Shown here: in pieces, positions 19,358 to 29,531 of the stretch | Position numbering within the stretch: the first letter of the stretch is position 1 | Layout: each line of letters begins with the position of its first letter | Source of the DNA: Candidatus Bathyarchaeia archaeon | GTDB lineage: Archaea > Thermoproteota > Bathyarchaeia > Bathyarchaeales > Bathycorpusculaceae | Direction: 5' to 3' | DNA: 64,000 bases | Assembly: GCA_049521795.1 (NCBI GenBank) | Contig: JBEKOM010000001.1 | Location: 576,001 to 640,000 of the forward strand | Translations under genes and position numbers: made by a program | Notes under the pieces: generated by a model | Database searches by the model: none | The model's input: only the letters and a program-made list of their open reading frames with translations | What the model was told of the DNA's origin: nothing

Positions 19358-20227
19358 ATGAAGAGAACAGTGAAGCAGATTCTGAAGAGTAAGGTAACGA
19401 TGGAGGGCGCGGGTGTCCGACTCAAGCGAGTTTTTGGCTATAATGAGGTTCCTCTGTTTGACCCCTTTCTGCTTTTGGACCATTTTGGTTCAGAAAACCC
19501 TGAGGACTATATCAGAGGATTTCCGTGGCACCCTCATAGGGGGATTGAAACTGTCACTTACATGCTGAGTGGGGAAGTTGAGCATGGTGACAGCATAGGT
19601 AACAGCGGCGTGATTAGGTCCGGTGACGTTCAATGGATGACTGCTGGGTCAGGGATAATCCATCAGGAAATGCCCAGAAGATATGAGGGCTTGATGCAGG
19701 GATTCCAACTTTGGGTGAATCTGCCCGCAAAGAAGAAGATGATTGACCCAAGATACCGCGGAATCGCTGAGGACCAAATTCCAGTGTTGGAAAAAGAAGG
19801 AGCTGAGATCAAGGTAATAGCAGGGATTTTCGATGGGACTGAGGGGCCAGTTCAAGATCTTGTGGTTGACGTTGAATATTTCGATGTCGAACTAGCTGCT
19901 TCCAAAACGTTCGAACACTCAACAGAAACGGATTGGAAAACGTTTGCCTACGTGGTTAAAGGTTCAGGCTATTTCGACGACAAGCTAATCGAATCCCAAC
20001 AATGTGCCTTGTTCGGTAGGGGCAACAGCGTCAGAATAAAGACAAAAGATGGCATCCGCTTCTTGTTCGTGTCAGGAAAGCCGCTAAAAGAACCTGTAGC
20101 TTGGGGAGGGCCTATTGTCATGAACACTCAGGAGGAGTTGGCAAGAGCCTTCCGGGAGCTTGATCAAGGCACCTTCATCAAAAACGGCAGAACAGTAAAA
20201 CCGACAAGAAACTTCTACCGAAGCTAA
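19358..20227 (+). CDS. Pirin family protein
   Basis: DPFLLLD, GFPWHPHRGIETVTY, WMTAGSGIIHQE, QLWVNLP. Confidence 0.95.
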   Translation: MKRTVKQILKSKVTMEGAGVRLKRVFGYNEVPLFDPFLLLDHFGSENPEDYIRGFPWHPHRGIETVTYMLSGEVEHGDSIGNSGVIRSGDVQWMTAGSGIIHQEMPRRYEGLMQGFQLWVNLPAKKKMIDPRYRGIAEDQIPVLEKEGAEIKVIAGIFDGTEGPVQDLVVDVEYFDVELAASKTFEHSTETDWKTFAYVVKGSGYFDDKLIESQQCALFGRGNSVRIKTKDGIRFLFVSGKPLKEPVAWGGPIVMNTQEELARAFRELDQGTFIKNGRTVKPTRNFYRS

Positions 20228-20368
20228 ACATGGTGACCTGCTGGAAAGTGCATCCAAAAACTATATCTCCAGCACTGCGCAACCTCACGCAGAACAGCTG
20301 TACAGAATGGGGCTAATCAGTTCAATGAGACTGTGTGAAGAGGATGGTTGTGTGCGGGTGTGCTTGGA

Positions 20369-21334
20369 ATGATTCCGGTTGAAATCTCTTCAGTCAAGAA
20401 GTTCTACGGCGAAATCAAAGCTGTTGACGGGGTGTCTTTTTCCGTTAACGAGGGCGAGGTTTTTGCTCTTCTCGGCCCGAACGGCGCTGGCAAGACGACG
20501 CTAATAGAGATTTTGGAGGGTTTGCGGAAACGAGACGATGGTATCGTGAAGGTGCTCGGTCTCGATCCGTGGGGAAACAGCTACGCGCTTCACAGGAGAA
20601 TTGGGGTGATACCGCAAGACTTCACGTTCTTTGACAAAGCTAATCCAAGAGAGGCGGTGAGATATTACGCGGATCTTTTCGGTGTCAGTGTTGACCCGGA
20701 TCAGATCTTGAAAGAAGTTTTACTGGACGATTCAACAGGTGTACTTTTTGAAAATCTTTCAGGAGGACAGAAGCAGAAGATGGGTCTTGCTCTCGCTTTG
20801 GTGAATTCTGCTGAGCTTCTTTTCCTCGACGAACCGACCACGGGACTTGATCCGAACGCGAGAAGAGCGATGTGGGACGTGATAAGAGGGTTGAGGAGCA
20901 AGGGCAGGACGGTTATTCTGACCACTCATTACCTCGATGAGGCCCAGCAGCTTTCCGACAGGGTTGCCATAATGAATCATGGACACATAGTGGCCATAGG
21001 AACTTCTGAGGACATCATTGAAATTCATGGTTCTGGTGAAAGGTTGGAAATCCACGGAACAGAGGAGCTGGCTGCCTACGTCAGGGCGAACACGAATCTG
21101 AAGGCTGAGTACAACGGCAAGGGTTTGGTCAGCATAGCGATCAGTCAGAAGCATGATGCGTTGGCGGCCTTGACGGCTGTTGAGCGGTCAGGACTCGAAT
21201 GGCGCGACCTTCACACGCGCCGTGACAGTTTGGACGATGTGTTTGTCAAACTTGTAAGCGGAAGGATCGATGAGAAGGGCGAGATCAGCGTTGACAATGC
21301 TAGTGAGAATTCACGTGATCAGGGCAGGCGTTAG
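20369..21334 (+). CDS. ABC transporter ATP-binding protein
   Basis: GPNGAGKTT, LSGGQ, LFLDEPTTGLD. Confidence 0.93.
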   Translation: MIPVEISSVKKFYGEIKAVDGVSFSVNEGEVFALLGPNGAGKTTLIEILEGLRKRDDGIVKVLGLDPWGNSYALHRRIGVIPQDFTFFDKANPREAVRYYADLFGVSVDPDQILKEVLLDDSTGVLFENLSGGQKQKMGLALALVNSAELLFLDEPTTGLDPNARRAMWDVIRGLRSKGRTVILTTHYLDEAQQLSDRVAIMNHGHIVAIGTSEDIIEIHGSGERLEIHGTEELAAYVRANTNLKAEYNGKGLVSIAISQKHDALAALTAVERSGLEWRDLHTRRDSLDDVFVKLVSGRIDEKGEISVDNASENSRDQGRR

Positions 21335-21339
21335 GGCGA

Positions 21340-22443
21340 ATGGCTAGTGCAAGAAGAATCGTTTCTGACCTTCGCCTTTTCGGCCGGGGATATCTGAGAA
21401 ATCCCGCAGGACTGTTCTTCGGTCTGATTTTCCCAGTGATTCTCATACTCATTTTCGGCGCCATTTTCTCGTCAGGCTTTTCAGGAACGATAACATTGTA
21501 TTATCAGAACAAGGACGGTGGTTTGTACTCAACTTCCTTTTTGGACGCGCTTAACAGGACAAACACACTTAGCCTTGTATATGTGAACGCGTCTGAAGAC
21601 TTCTCTCACTACCTCTCAACGCATTCTGCGTCAGACGGACTAGTTATTCCGGCGGGTTTCTCGGCGAACTATTCATCAGGCAACCCCGTTAACGTGACGA
21701 TCTATGGCAACCCTTCCCAAAGCTCCAGTAGCATCGTGAGCGGAGTCGTCACGGGGGTGATAAACTTGTTTAACCTAAAATATTACGGAGGTCCGCAGGT
21801 TTCACCGATAATCGGTGTGAATCAGACTACAGGGAATGCTCAGGTGACGAAGTACATCGATTTCCTAGTTCCGGGACTCATCGGCTTTTCAATACTCATC
21901 AGCCCGATGTTTTCCCTGGTAAACATATCCTCCGAGTACAAGAGAACAAAGCTTTTCAAACAGTTATCTTTGACTCCTCTCACCAAGATCGAGTGGCTAG
22001 CTTCCAAAGTACTCTTCTATATTCTCCTGTCAGTGGCGTCATTCCTGTTGATGGTTGCCGTAGGGGTCATCGCCTTCGGCGCACATGTTGCGTTCTCACT
22101 GTGGCTCATACCGTTCCTGATACTTGGACCGATGTTCTTCGCTTCGCTGGGCATGCTAGTTGGAACCATCTCAAAGAGCACCGAAACAGCCAGCGTTGTC
22201 GGAAACATCATAACCTTCCCAATGATGTTTCTCTCAGGCACGTTCTTCCCAATCTCGCTCATGCCCACGTACCTGCAACTCTTGGCGCACGTCTTACCCC
22301 TCTTCTACATCATCGACGGACTCAACGCGGTTATGATATACAACAACTATGCACAGGCAACGATAGACCTGATAGTAGTCTCGACAATCACGATCGTCGC
22401 CTTCGTAGCTGCCGCGAGAGTATTCAAGTGGAGAGAAGACTAG
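21340..22443 (+). CDS. ABC-2 transporter permease with extracellular loop
   Basis: N-terminal TM, large loop, five C-terminal TMs, FPMMFLSGTFFP. Confidence 0.9.
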   Translation: MASARRIVSDLRLFGRGYLRNPAGLFFGLIFPVILILIFGAIFSSGFSGTITLYYQNKDGGLYSTSFLDALNRTNTLSLVYVNASEDFSHYLSTHSASDGLVIPAGFSANYSSGNPVNVTIYGNPSQSSSSIVSGVVTGVINLFNLKYYGGPQVSPIIGVNQTTGNAQVTKYIDFLVPGLIGFSILISPMFSLVNISSEYKRTKLFKQLSLTPLTKIEWLASKVLFYILLSVASFLLMVAVGVIAFGAHVAFSLWLIPFLILGPMFFASLGMLVGTISKSTETASVVGNIITFPMMFLSGTFFPISLMPTYLQLLAHVLPLFYIIDGLNAVMIYNNYAQATIDLIVVSTITIVAFVAAARVFKWRED

Positions 22444-22608
22444 CATCCGCAACAAGTACCCATGGTGATTTCAAGAATCGTCAATGAAGAGATTCGAAAG
22501 AGCGCGTTGCTACTCAACACGGTGCGAGCTTCTAGTACGTGTCATTTGAACGATTGTGAAACACGAAAGGTTTTATTCACACGTACGTCGTTGTTCTTTT
22601 GTGAGTAA

Positions 22609-23136
22609 ATGAGCGGTACAAATTCTCTCCTTGAAATCAACGATCTCGTGTTGAAGAAGAAGATACTGTCTGTGCGCGAGCACTACGATTTGGAGGATGT
22701 GAATGGGACGAAATTGGGAGAAGCTGATGGCAATCTCTTTCAGTTTCCAGCGAAGTTCGTCGTCATCGATACCAACGGTTCGGAGCTGATGCACCTCGAA
22801 GGGAAAATACTTTCGCTCCGAAGGCAGTTCACTTTCCATGACAATGCCGGAGTGGAACTAGGAACCATACAAAAGAAGATAGTCAAGCTGATTGGAGAAG
22901 AGTACTGGGTGGAAAGAGACGGGCGTGAGTTCATGCGTATCTACGGGAATTTCACGGAGCACGACTATCAGATGCAAGTCAACGGCGTCCAGGTCGCCTC
23001 TGTACACAAGAAGTGGGTCTCGGTGCGAGATCAGCTCGAGGTCTCGATAACAGGAGACGCTGATCACCGAGTGGTGATCGGAGCGGTGATCGTGATCGAA
23101 CACGTGGAGGTCACTGAGAAGCAGAGCCAGCACTGA
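22609..23136 (+). CDS. LURP-one / Tubby-C-like protein
   Basis: LKKKILSVREHYDL, GNFTEHDYQM, VHKKWVSVRD pattern. Confidence 0.75.
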   Translation: MSGTNSLLEINDLVLKKKILSVREHYDLEDVNGTKLGEADGNLFQFPAKFVVIDTNGSELMHLEGKILSLRRQFTFHDNAGVELGTIQKKIVKLIGEEYWVERDGREFMRIYGNFTEHDYQMQVNGVQVASVHKKWVSVRDQLEVSITGDADHRVVIGAVIVIEHVEVTEKQSQH

Positions 23137-23440
23137 ACTGCAACACAGGTCAACCTTGATCTGGGCAGTTTGTCGGATTTCTGGGCTCCTCCTAAAGTAT
23201 TAGCCATAGAGACCAGCAACGTTCCGGGTGCGGAACCTGCGGGTGCATACGCTAAACTCCTTCCATCTAGTTCCAATAAAGGAGAAACAGATCTTTGACC
23301 TAGGTGAGGAGTAATGGGTCGGACAGACCAGAAATCACGTTGCCGAGGTTATGTCTATGCGCGCGCTCGCTGGCTTCAAACTCTTCTTTGACAGCAGATA
23401 AGTCATGTATCGAACCAAAACAGCGGGGTGTTCAATGATG

Positions 23441-23455
23441 GTGCGGGGGGTGGGA
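23441..23455. repeat. att site: duplicate of the tRNA-Leu 3' end
   Basis: GTGCGGGGGGTGGGA identical to 34905-34919; here the minus strand continues ...GCACCA (CCA at 23439-23441). Confidence 0.85.
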
Positions 23456-23467
23456 CCCCCACCCAAC

Positions 23468-23479
23468 TTTACCGGTAAA
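23468..23479. promoter_or_regulatory. 12-bp palindrome TTTACCGGTAAA, left copy
   Basis: Perfect palindrome 12 nt inside the left att; identical copy at 34890-34901. Confidence 0.7.
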
Positions 23480-23765
23480 AAGACCATGACTATGGCGGGT
23501 CCGAGGGTATCTATACCTAGTTGAGTGCAGATACCTATACTACCATTATCTAGCGCGCACGTGCCTATTAGCGAGCGATATTCTATTCCAGCACTGTCCG
23601 TCTTGTTATGGTTAAGGCCACTATATGTTTGCGCGTTTTGAAGAGGAAAATTGACTATTTGCTGAACTGCACTTCTCAAAAACCCTTAAGAACCCGCGCG
23701 CGTAAGAGCTATTCCGAGAAAGAGAAGATATCTGTTTGAGTTTCTGATGATTTAGGAGGTTCAAG

Positions 23766-24122
23766 GTGGCCGTTAAAGTCAAGTTGAACTTCAAGTTGTT
23801 ATCGGCAGCGAAGATTGCGGGTGGTCACTTGTTGACGTTGAACCTGAAAAACGTTGGAAGTAGCATCTTGAAGAACTTAGTTGTGCGGCTGCACTCCCCG
23901 GATCTGGGCGTTTCAGTTGATTGTGCTGGGTGCTTTATCTACGCTTTGATGCCCAGTGCAGATGAGAATGTAAAGTTTCGGGTTTTTGCCTCTTCATTAG
24001 CGCTGGCTTACTTTTCGGTCTCCGGGTATGCGAGCGGGGACGCGTATTTTTCCGTGGAATCGCCTGCAATGGCGGTTCAGACAAGAAAGCGCGAGCGCGA
24101 GAATAGCATGTTGTTGATGTGA
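23766..24122 (+). CDS. Hypothetical beta-rich (CARDB/Ig-like) protein
   Basis: AGGAGG RBS; LTLNLKNVG...NLVVRL pattern; no clear signal peptide. Confidence 0.6.
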   Translation: MAVKVKLNFKLLSAAKIAGGHLLTLNLKNVGSSILKNLVVRLHSPDLGVSVDCAGCFIYALMPSADENVKFRVFASSLALAYFSVSGYASGDAYFSVESPAMAVQTRKRERENSMLLM

Positions 24123-24196
24123 CTGTTTCTGCGCTTTTCAGCTTTGGTTGCTGGGTGGTCATGAAATCTGGGCAGAGCATTTGATTAGTTCAGAAT

Positions 24197-25090
24197 TTAT
24201 TTCCTGGGCATCAGTTCGTTAAGTTCATACGTCGCTAAGCACAATACACTGTCGGCGCCTCCGTAGTACACTAAGACTTTGTCGTTGATGAGTACGTTTC
24301 CGCAACTGAATACCACGTTCGGTACTTTGCCGAAGCGTTCGCAGTCGGCGACGGGTGTCAATATTGGTGTTTCGGAGCGATAGAGGATGGTTTCGGGGTT
24401 GTCCCTATCCAGTAGGAGTACGCCGAGTGAATAGACTTTTTCGAAGCTTACGCCGTGGTAGATAACGAGCCAGCCTTCGTTAAGTTCAATTGGGGGTCCG
24501 GCTGCGCCTATTTTCCAGCAATCCCAGCTTTTCGTTCTTGGTCTCATCAAGGCTCTGATGTCGTACCATCGTATGAGGTCGTCAGAGTACGCCACACACA
24601 CGTCTGGGTCCAAGCGGTGGAACATAACGTATTTGCCTCCGATTTTCTTGGGGAAAACAACAGCGTCTTTGTTGCGTACACCTCTGAAGGGCAGCAATCG
24701 TTCATTCCATTTCCATTGTTTGCTCAAGAAATCATCGACTGAGATGGATGTTAGGGAGATTTGGTAGAGCTGTTCATGGTCAATTTCAGTTAGAGCTGTG
24801 TATGCCATTATTATTTGGTTGTCGAAGCGGGTTAGTCTCGGGTCCTCGCATCCGTAGTCTTCAGCTTTATTGTTGGGTTCAAAAACGGGGATTGGCGACC
24901 GCTCGTCGATTATGTATCCGTCAGAGGAGGCGGCGTATCCGATGCGGGATATGCCGTCGTTTCCTATCGCCCTGTATAGAATGTGAACTCGTTTGCCCAC
25001 TGCGATGGCGGCAGCGTTGAACACTGTTCTGGATTCCCATGGGTTTGATGCTATTGCCTGAAGGATTGGATTGTCTTGGAACCGTCTCAT
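24197..25090 (-). CDS. GH130-like glycosidase / beta-mannoside phosphorylase
   Basis: VFNAAA, LYRA, GCEDPR, NKDAVVFP, HRL, YHGV, VPNVVF, YYGGAD motifs. Confidence 0.88.
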   Translation of the reverse strand: MRRFQDNPILQAIASNPWESRTVFNAAAIAVGKRVHILYRAIGNDGISRIGYAASSDGYIIDERSPIPVFEPNNKAEDYGCEDPRLTRFDNQIIMAYTALTEIDHEQLYQISLTSISVDDFLSKQWKWNERLLPFRGVRNKDAVVFPKKIGGKYVMFHRLDPDVCVAYSDDLIRWYDIRALMRPRTKSWDCWKIGAAGPPIELNEGWLVIYHGVSFEKVYSLGVLLLDRDNPETILYRSETPILTPVADCERFGKVPNVVFSCGNVLINDKVLVYYGGADSVLCLATYELNELMPRK

Positions 25091-25104
25091 TTTTTTTCTG
25101 TGTC

Positions 25105-25500
25105 CTAGCAGTATTTTGATGTGGTGAGTCCAAAGAGTTCATCGAGGAGTCTTCTGACGGAGAGTAGGCCCACTAGTTCTCCTTTGCTGTCTACCACTGG
25201 CAGGTGTCTGATTCCGTGTGAGATTATGAGTCGTCTCGCTTCCTCCAGCGAAGCCTCTATTCCGATCGTGGCGACATTTTTCGTCATCACTTGTTCGATG
25301 GGGGTGTCAAGTGAGACGTCGCTGGCTATCATTCTTATGGCGTCTCGCTCGGTGAAGATTCCCATGCATTTTTCGTTGTTGTCCGTGATGACAATTGAGC
25401 CCACGTGTTTTTCTTGCAGTGTTCTGACGGCATCTTTGACAGTGATGTTGGGCTTCGCGGTTACCACGTCTTCGATCATTATGTGCTTTACCATTAGCAC
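25105..25500 (-). CDS. CBS domain pair protein
   Basis: GIFTERD, IRHLPVVD...LVGLLS. Confidence 0.92.
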   Translation of the reverse strand: MLMVKHIMIEDVVTAKPNITVKDAVRTLQEKHVGSIVITDNNEKCMGIFTERDAIRMIASDVSLDTPIEQVMTKNVATIGIEASLEEARRLIISHGIRHLPVVDSKGELVGLLSVRRLLDELFGLTTSKYC

Positions 25501-25638
25501 GTTTGTTTTGCCTCTGTGGCTAGTTGTGGTTTTCTTGACTAATAAGGCGAACTGTCTGAGGATTCACAAAAAATGCTGTGCGGGAGACTTTCCGCGCGAA
25601 CAAGGGCGAGAACGTTTCGGATCTGGTGTTTGCGGGTT

Positions 25639-26667
25639 CTATTTGGAGGTTTGAAGCTCGATGCGGGCGGAAAGGTAGCAAACGATGGCTTCGGCTCCTT
25701 GGTTGTAGTTCAGTCCTTTTTCAGTTATTCCGTCGTAGCAGCCGCCCGTTGTGGAATTATAAACAAAGGCGTTTTGGGTGTTCTTCCCGAGAAACCAGTT
25801 GAAGATTGTTCGTGCCATAATTTTGTAGTGGCGGTTGCCTGTTTCGCGGTAAGCTGACAACGCTGCTTCCGTCATTGAAGCTGCTTCCACGGATTGCTGA
25901 TCGTATATGGACCGCGGTTCTCCTTTTTTGTACCAGCCGTGGTTGCCTATGGGTATGAATTTGTCGTTTAGTATCTGAACTTCAAGGAGGAACTTTAGCG
26001 ATTCATCTGCAACTCGAATGTATTTGGCTTGTTTTGTTTCTCGGTAGGCTTCGAAAAGGGCTTGCGGGATTCTACCGTTTACGTAGGTGAGGTAAGGTTC
26101 AAACCAGCGCCAGTCGTTGGAGCGCGTGTTTGTGTAGTATTCGAGCAGTTTGTCTGATAGTGTCTTTATGTTCTGGGTTAGGTTTTCGTCTTTTGTGTAA
26201 GCCTTGTGGTAATGACTTAGGCCAAGTATTGCGAAGGCTTTCGCTCTGGGGGATTTGAAGAAGCATGCCCATCGAAAGGCTTTATCGAAGATTTCTTTTG
26301 CTAGAAGTCTCCTCTCGGTTGATAGCTTGCTATTTATTACGTATCCGCAGGCCCATAGGGTGCGACCTTCACAATCTTCGGAGCCTTCGTCGTCGATGAA
26401 GTTTCGATCGTAGCTTAGGAAGTTATGCATTTTGCCGTCTGCTCTTTGCATGTGCAATAGGAAGCTTAGGTATGTGTCTATCAACCTGTCCGATTTGGAG
26501 TTTCCTTTGATTTGGCTGTGCTTGCTGATGGCTATTAGGGCTCGGGCGTTGTCGTCGGTTGTGTATCCTTCTAGCCGATTTGGTGTTCCGAATTTCGAAT
26601 GTTGAAAGATACCAGTATCGTCTGTGATTGCTTTGAGGAAGTTTAGTTTGATAGGTGGGAGATTCAC
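25639..26667 (-). CDS. Glycosyltransferase-associated (alpha/alpha)6-barrel protein
   Basis: TDDTGIFQH, GYTTDDNARAL, WFEPYLTY, DQQ, GGCYDG, NQGAE motifs of the domain often fused behind GT4 enzymes. Confidence 0.75.
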   Translation of the reverse strand: MNLPPIKLNFLKAITDDTGIFQHSKFGTPNRLEGYTTDDNARALIAISKHSQIKGNSKSDRLIDTYLSFLLHMQRADGKMHNFLSYDRNFIDDEGSEDCEGRTLWACGYVINSKLSTERRLLAKEIFDKAFRWACFFKSPRAKAFAILGLSHYHKAYTKDENLTQNIKTLSDKLLEYYTNTRSNDWRWFEPYLTYVNGRIPQALFEAYRETKQAKYIRVADESLKFLLEVQILNDKFIPIGNHGWYKKGEPRSIYDQQSVEAASMTEAALSAYRETGNRHYKIMARTIFNWFLGKNTQNAFVYNSTTGGCYDGITEKGLNYNQGAEAIVCYLSARIELQTSK

Positions 26668-26679
26668 GTGAGCGTCCTC

Positions 26680-27858
26680 TTAAGCGTGTATCGCTTGTTT
26701 GAGTATGTCTGTGTATTTTTGGGCGACCTTTGGCCATATGAAGCTTCGACTGTATCTGTAAGCTTTCTTCTCTATGTCTCTTCTCAGGTCTTCGTTTTCT
26801 AGAAGTCTGTTCACTTCTTCGGCGATTGAGCCTGGGTTTTTAAACTCGCAGAACAAGCCTCGTCCGTGAGACAGCACCTCTTTAGCGTGGAGGTAGGGAG
26901 TTGATACTACTGCTCTACCGGCTCCTAGAGCGTAGACTAATGTGCCGCTGCTGATTTGGTTTGGGCCGATGTAGGGTGTGATGTAGATGTCTGTGGCGTG
27001 GAGGTACCTTATTAGTTCTCTTTTTGTTAGGAAGCGGTTGTGAAATCTGACGTGATTCTTTAGCCCCAGTTGGTCGACTAGTTTGATGAGGTTCATGCGG
27101 TATGATTCGCCTTCGATTTTTCTTACTTCGGGGTGTGTTTCGCCGATTATTAGGTAGAGTATGTTTGGATGTTTTTCAACTAGGGGTGGGAGTGCTTGAA
27201 TGGCGTACTCGATGCCTTTGCCTCCGTTTATTAGGCCGAAAGTGGACAGGATGGTTCTTCCTTTCAAACCCAGCGAAGGCTTTACGCTGTCACTAGTTAA
27301 GAAAGGGATGTCTGGGCAACCGTGTTGGACGACGTTGATTTTCTTGTTCGGGACGTCGTATTCCTTGAGAATGTTCTTGCCGGCTTTAGCCATGACCACG
27401 ATTGCTTTGCTGTAAGCGGTGATTTCTTTCAGCACGTTTCGTGCTTTCGGCTCAAAGTCTGGTTGGACTGTATGAAGTGTGGTTATGACCGGTTTCTGTA
27501 CGCTTTGTAGGAAGGAGAGAATATACTTTCCCCATTCTCCTCCGTATATTCCGAATTCATGTTGCAGGTTTACTACGTTGATTCGGGATGAGTTGATGTA
27601 GTTGGCGGCTTGAACATAATCCTCTTCATAATCCTGCCTTATCTGTTGTTTGACTCGGCTGTCGTAGTCGTAGATTGTCTCTATTTCGTTTACGCTTATG
27701 ACTCGGGCTGGGGCAAATTCAGCGAGAAGGTCTATGGAGTCGATTAGGTCTTTCGTGAAGGTGGCTATGCCGCATTCTCTGGGGGTGTATGTGCCTAGAA
27801 AGGCAATGTGTTCTTCGTTTGATTCTGGAACTCGAGGTTTTGTGGACAATTCTGACAT
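26680..27858 (-). CDS. GT4 family glycosyltransferase
   Basis: PRECGIATF, QHEFGIYGG, KGIEY, GETHP, QISSGTL, STPY. Confidence 0.9.
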   Translation of the reverse strand: MSELSTKPRVPESNEEHIAFLGTYTPRECGIATFTKDLIDSIDLLAEFAPARVISVNEIETIYDYDSRVKQQIRQDYEEDYVQAANYINSSRINVVNLQHEFGIYGGEWGKYILSFLQSVQKPVITTLHTVQPDFEPKARNVLKEITAYSKAIVVMAKAGKNILKEYDVPNKKINVVQHGCPDIPFLTSDSVKPSLGLKGRTILSTFGLINGGKGIEYAIQALPPLVEKHPNILYLIIGETHPEVRKIEGESYRMNLIKLVDQLGLKNHVRFHNRFLTKRELIRYLHATDIYITPYIGPNQISSGTLVYALGAGRAVVSTPYLHAKEVLSHGRGLFCEFKNPGSIAEEVNRLLENEDLRRDIEKKAYRYSRSFIWPKVAQKYTDILKQAIHA

Positions 27859-28086
27859 TACCTTGCCTGAATTAGCGCGCGCTAAGTGTTAAATACTTTT
27901 CAGACTTCGCATACAATGATTACTGAGTAGCGCGCGCGGAAACGCAAAGGAAACACCGCTAGCCCGCATCATAAACGATTATGATTGGCAAAGAAAAGCT
28001 CTGATTAAGACTCTAGTAGAAAAAGGACCGATGGGGCTGCGCGCGCCAGTCCGTTGCTAAATTAGCTTTTATGTGTTTATTCCGCT

Positions 28087-28805
28087 GGTTCTGTTAACTC
28101 TTGGGCGCTATAGTGAGCTTTGGAAATGTCTGTTAACCATCGGCGCTTTTTTTGCACGAGATAATGATGTGTCTTGATACAAATGGCGATTAGGGAATTA
28201 ACCGAGCAGAAAAAAGAGGGAAGCCTGAAACCAGAATAGGATCAGTTGAGGTTATTTTTCCTTCTTCGGCGTGGGCATAAGGCCGAGTTGCTGCATCAAG
28301 CTCAAAGTATCATACCTTGACCAGCCTTCCACGAACTTGCCCCCGGCGAAGCGGTCAATCTGGATCTCCCACACCGTTATCTTCTTGTTGGTAGGAGGGA
28401 TTCCCATAAATGCACCTTTGTTTGTGCCAGTCCCTGTAAGGCGCACTGCTACCTTGTCTCCTTCGGCGACCATGTCATCAATGGTGAAATGAAGGTCTGG
28501 AAAAGCGCTGTAGAACTCGCTGATATGTTGTTTATAGTCCTTGATGCCGTGTATATCCCTGCCAGTGCTACTGTGATAGACGATGTCGGTGGCGTATAAC
28601 TCGTCTATTACGGCCAGGGCCGCTTCCTTCCCCTCGTTGCACTCCTCATACAAACGACGCTCGAGTGCCTTAATTTCTTTCGCTGACATGACAAATCACC
28701 TGCTTATTGCATTAACTGTATCTGTTATTTATAACATTAAAGTATCCTCTCAGGTAGCACGTGCTACTTCGTAGTCCATGCGCGCGCCGAAGGGTTAACA
28801 GAACC
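28087..28805. mobile_element. Non-autonomous IS6-type mini-transposon carrying one gene (719 bp)
   Basis: Ends GGTTCTGTTAACTCTTGGGCGC and (rev. comp.) GGTTCTGTTAACCCTTCGGCGC, 20/22 identical; flanks ATTCCGCT (28079-28086) and ATTCAGCT (28806-28813); no transposase. Confidence 0.82.
28252..28689 (-). CDS. SnoaL-like ester cyclase (NTF2 fold)
   Basis: AFPDLHFTIDDMVAEGDKVAVR, GAFMGIPPTNK, LMQQLG; AGGTGA RBS. Confidence 0.9.
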   Translation of the reverse strand: MSAKEIKALERRLYEECNEGKEAALAVIDELYATDIVYHSSTGRDIHGIKDYKQHISEFYSAFPDLHFTIDDMVAEGDKVAVRLTGTGTNKGAFMGIPPTNKKITVWEIQIDRFAGGKFVEGWSRYDTLSLMQQLGLMPTPKKEK

Positions 28806-29280
28806 ATTCAGCTCATTTTGCAAGTAATGTTATGGATCGTGCTTTTTCTACGATTTGCATCCTGAGTGCAGCAACCGCATTCAGAAGTTTGACAATCCTT
28901 ATCAGACAATGGTTAAGCTGGATTATAAGGGCGAAGTTTCAAGAGCCATCGAAGCTGAAACTGGTGAAAAACTGGCTTTTCCTAGGTTGCCGCAGGACAT
29001 TCAGGATCGCTATGAGAATTGGAGGGCCGAGTGTAACAAGCGGTTTGATGAGGGTGAAGGCGAATGGCGACTAAGAAGCATTTTGAACGTGTTGACTGAT
29101 GAGGCTAAGGAACTGTTGACCTCCATAGTTCAGCATGGCAGTTACGAGCGACAGTCCATCATCACCGACATGAAGAAGGGGGACGAGTTGAAGCTGTTGA
29201 TTAACTGCGGTTTGGTGGAGAAGTTTGGGGACACGATTGTTCCGACTAAACAAGCTCGGAAAATGGTGAAGCTAGTTTGA
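28806..29280 (+). pseudogene. Disrupted Cys-rich protein with C-terminal winged-helix-like tail
   Basis: Removing the cassette joins ATG 28071 in frame: MCLFSSFCK*CYGSCFFYDLHPECS..., with one TAA at 28825-28827. Confidence 0.55.
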
Positions 29281-29531
29281 TTACATTATTCCCATTTTCT
29301 TTTCGTAAGGCTTGCTCGTTCCTGCATAAACAGCAATAGTCTTGTCTGACACGATCATCGTAAACCGTTTCAAGTCATCCCGAGTCATCTCATACTCTTC
29401 TGTCAACTGCTTCACCCTCTCCGCTCTCTCTCGATGAGGCCACGTGGCATCCTCGGTTTTTCCATTTGCAAGTGACTCCTTCACAAAAAGCTAAAAGCAC
29501 GGGGATACGGGGTATCTTTCGGTTGTCGCTC

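Noticed and set aside
29281-29484. 67-aa ORF with faint likeness to a transposase C-terminus
   Set aside because: Similarity too weak; no catalytic residues or ends.
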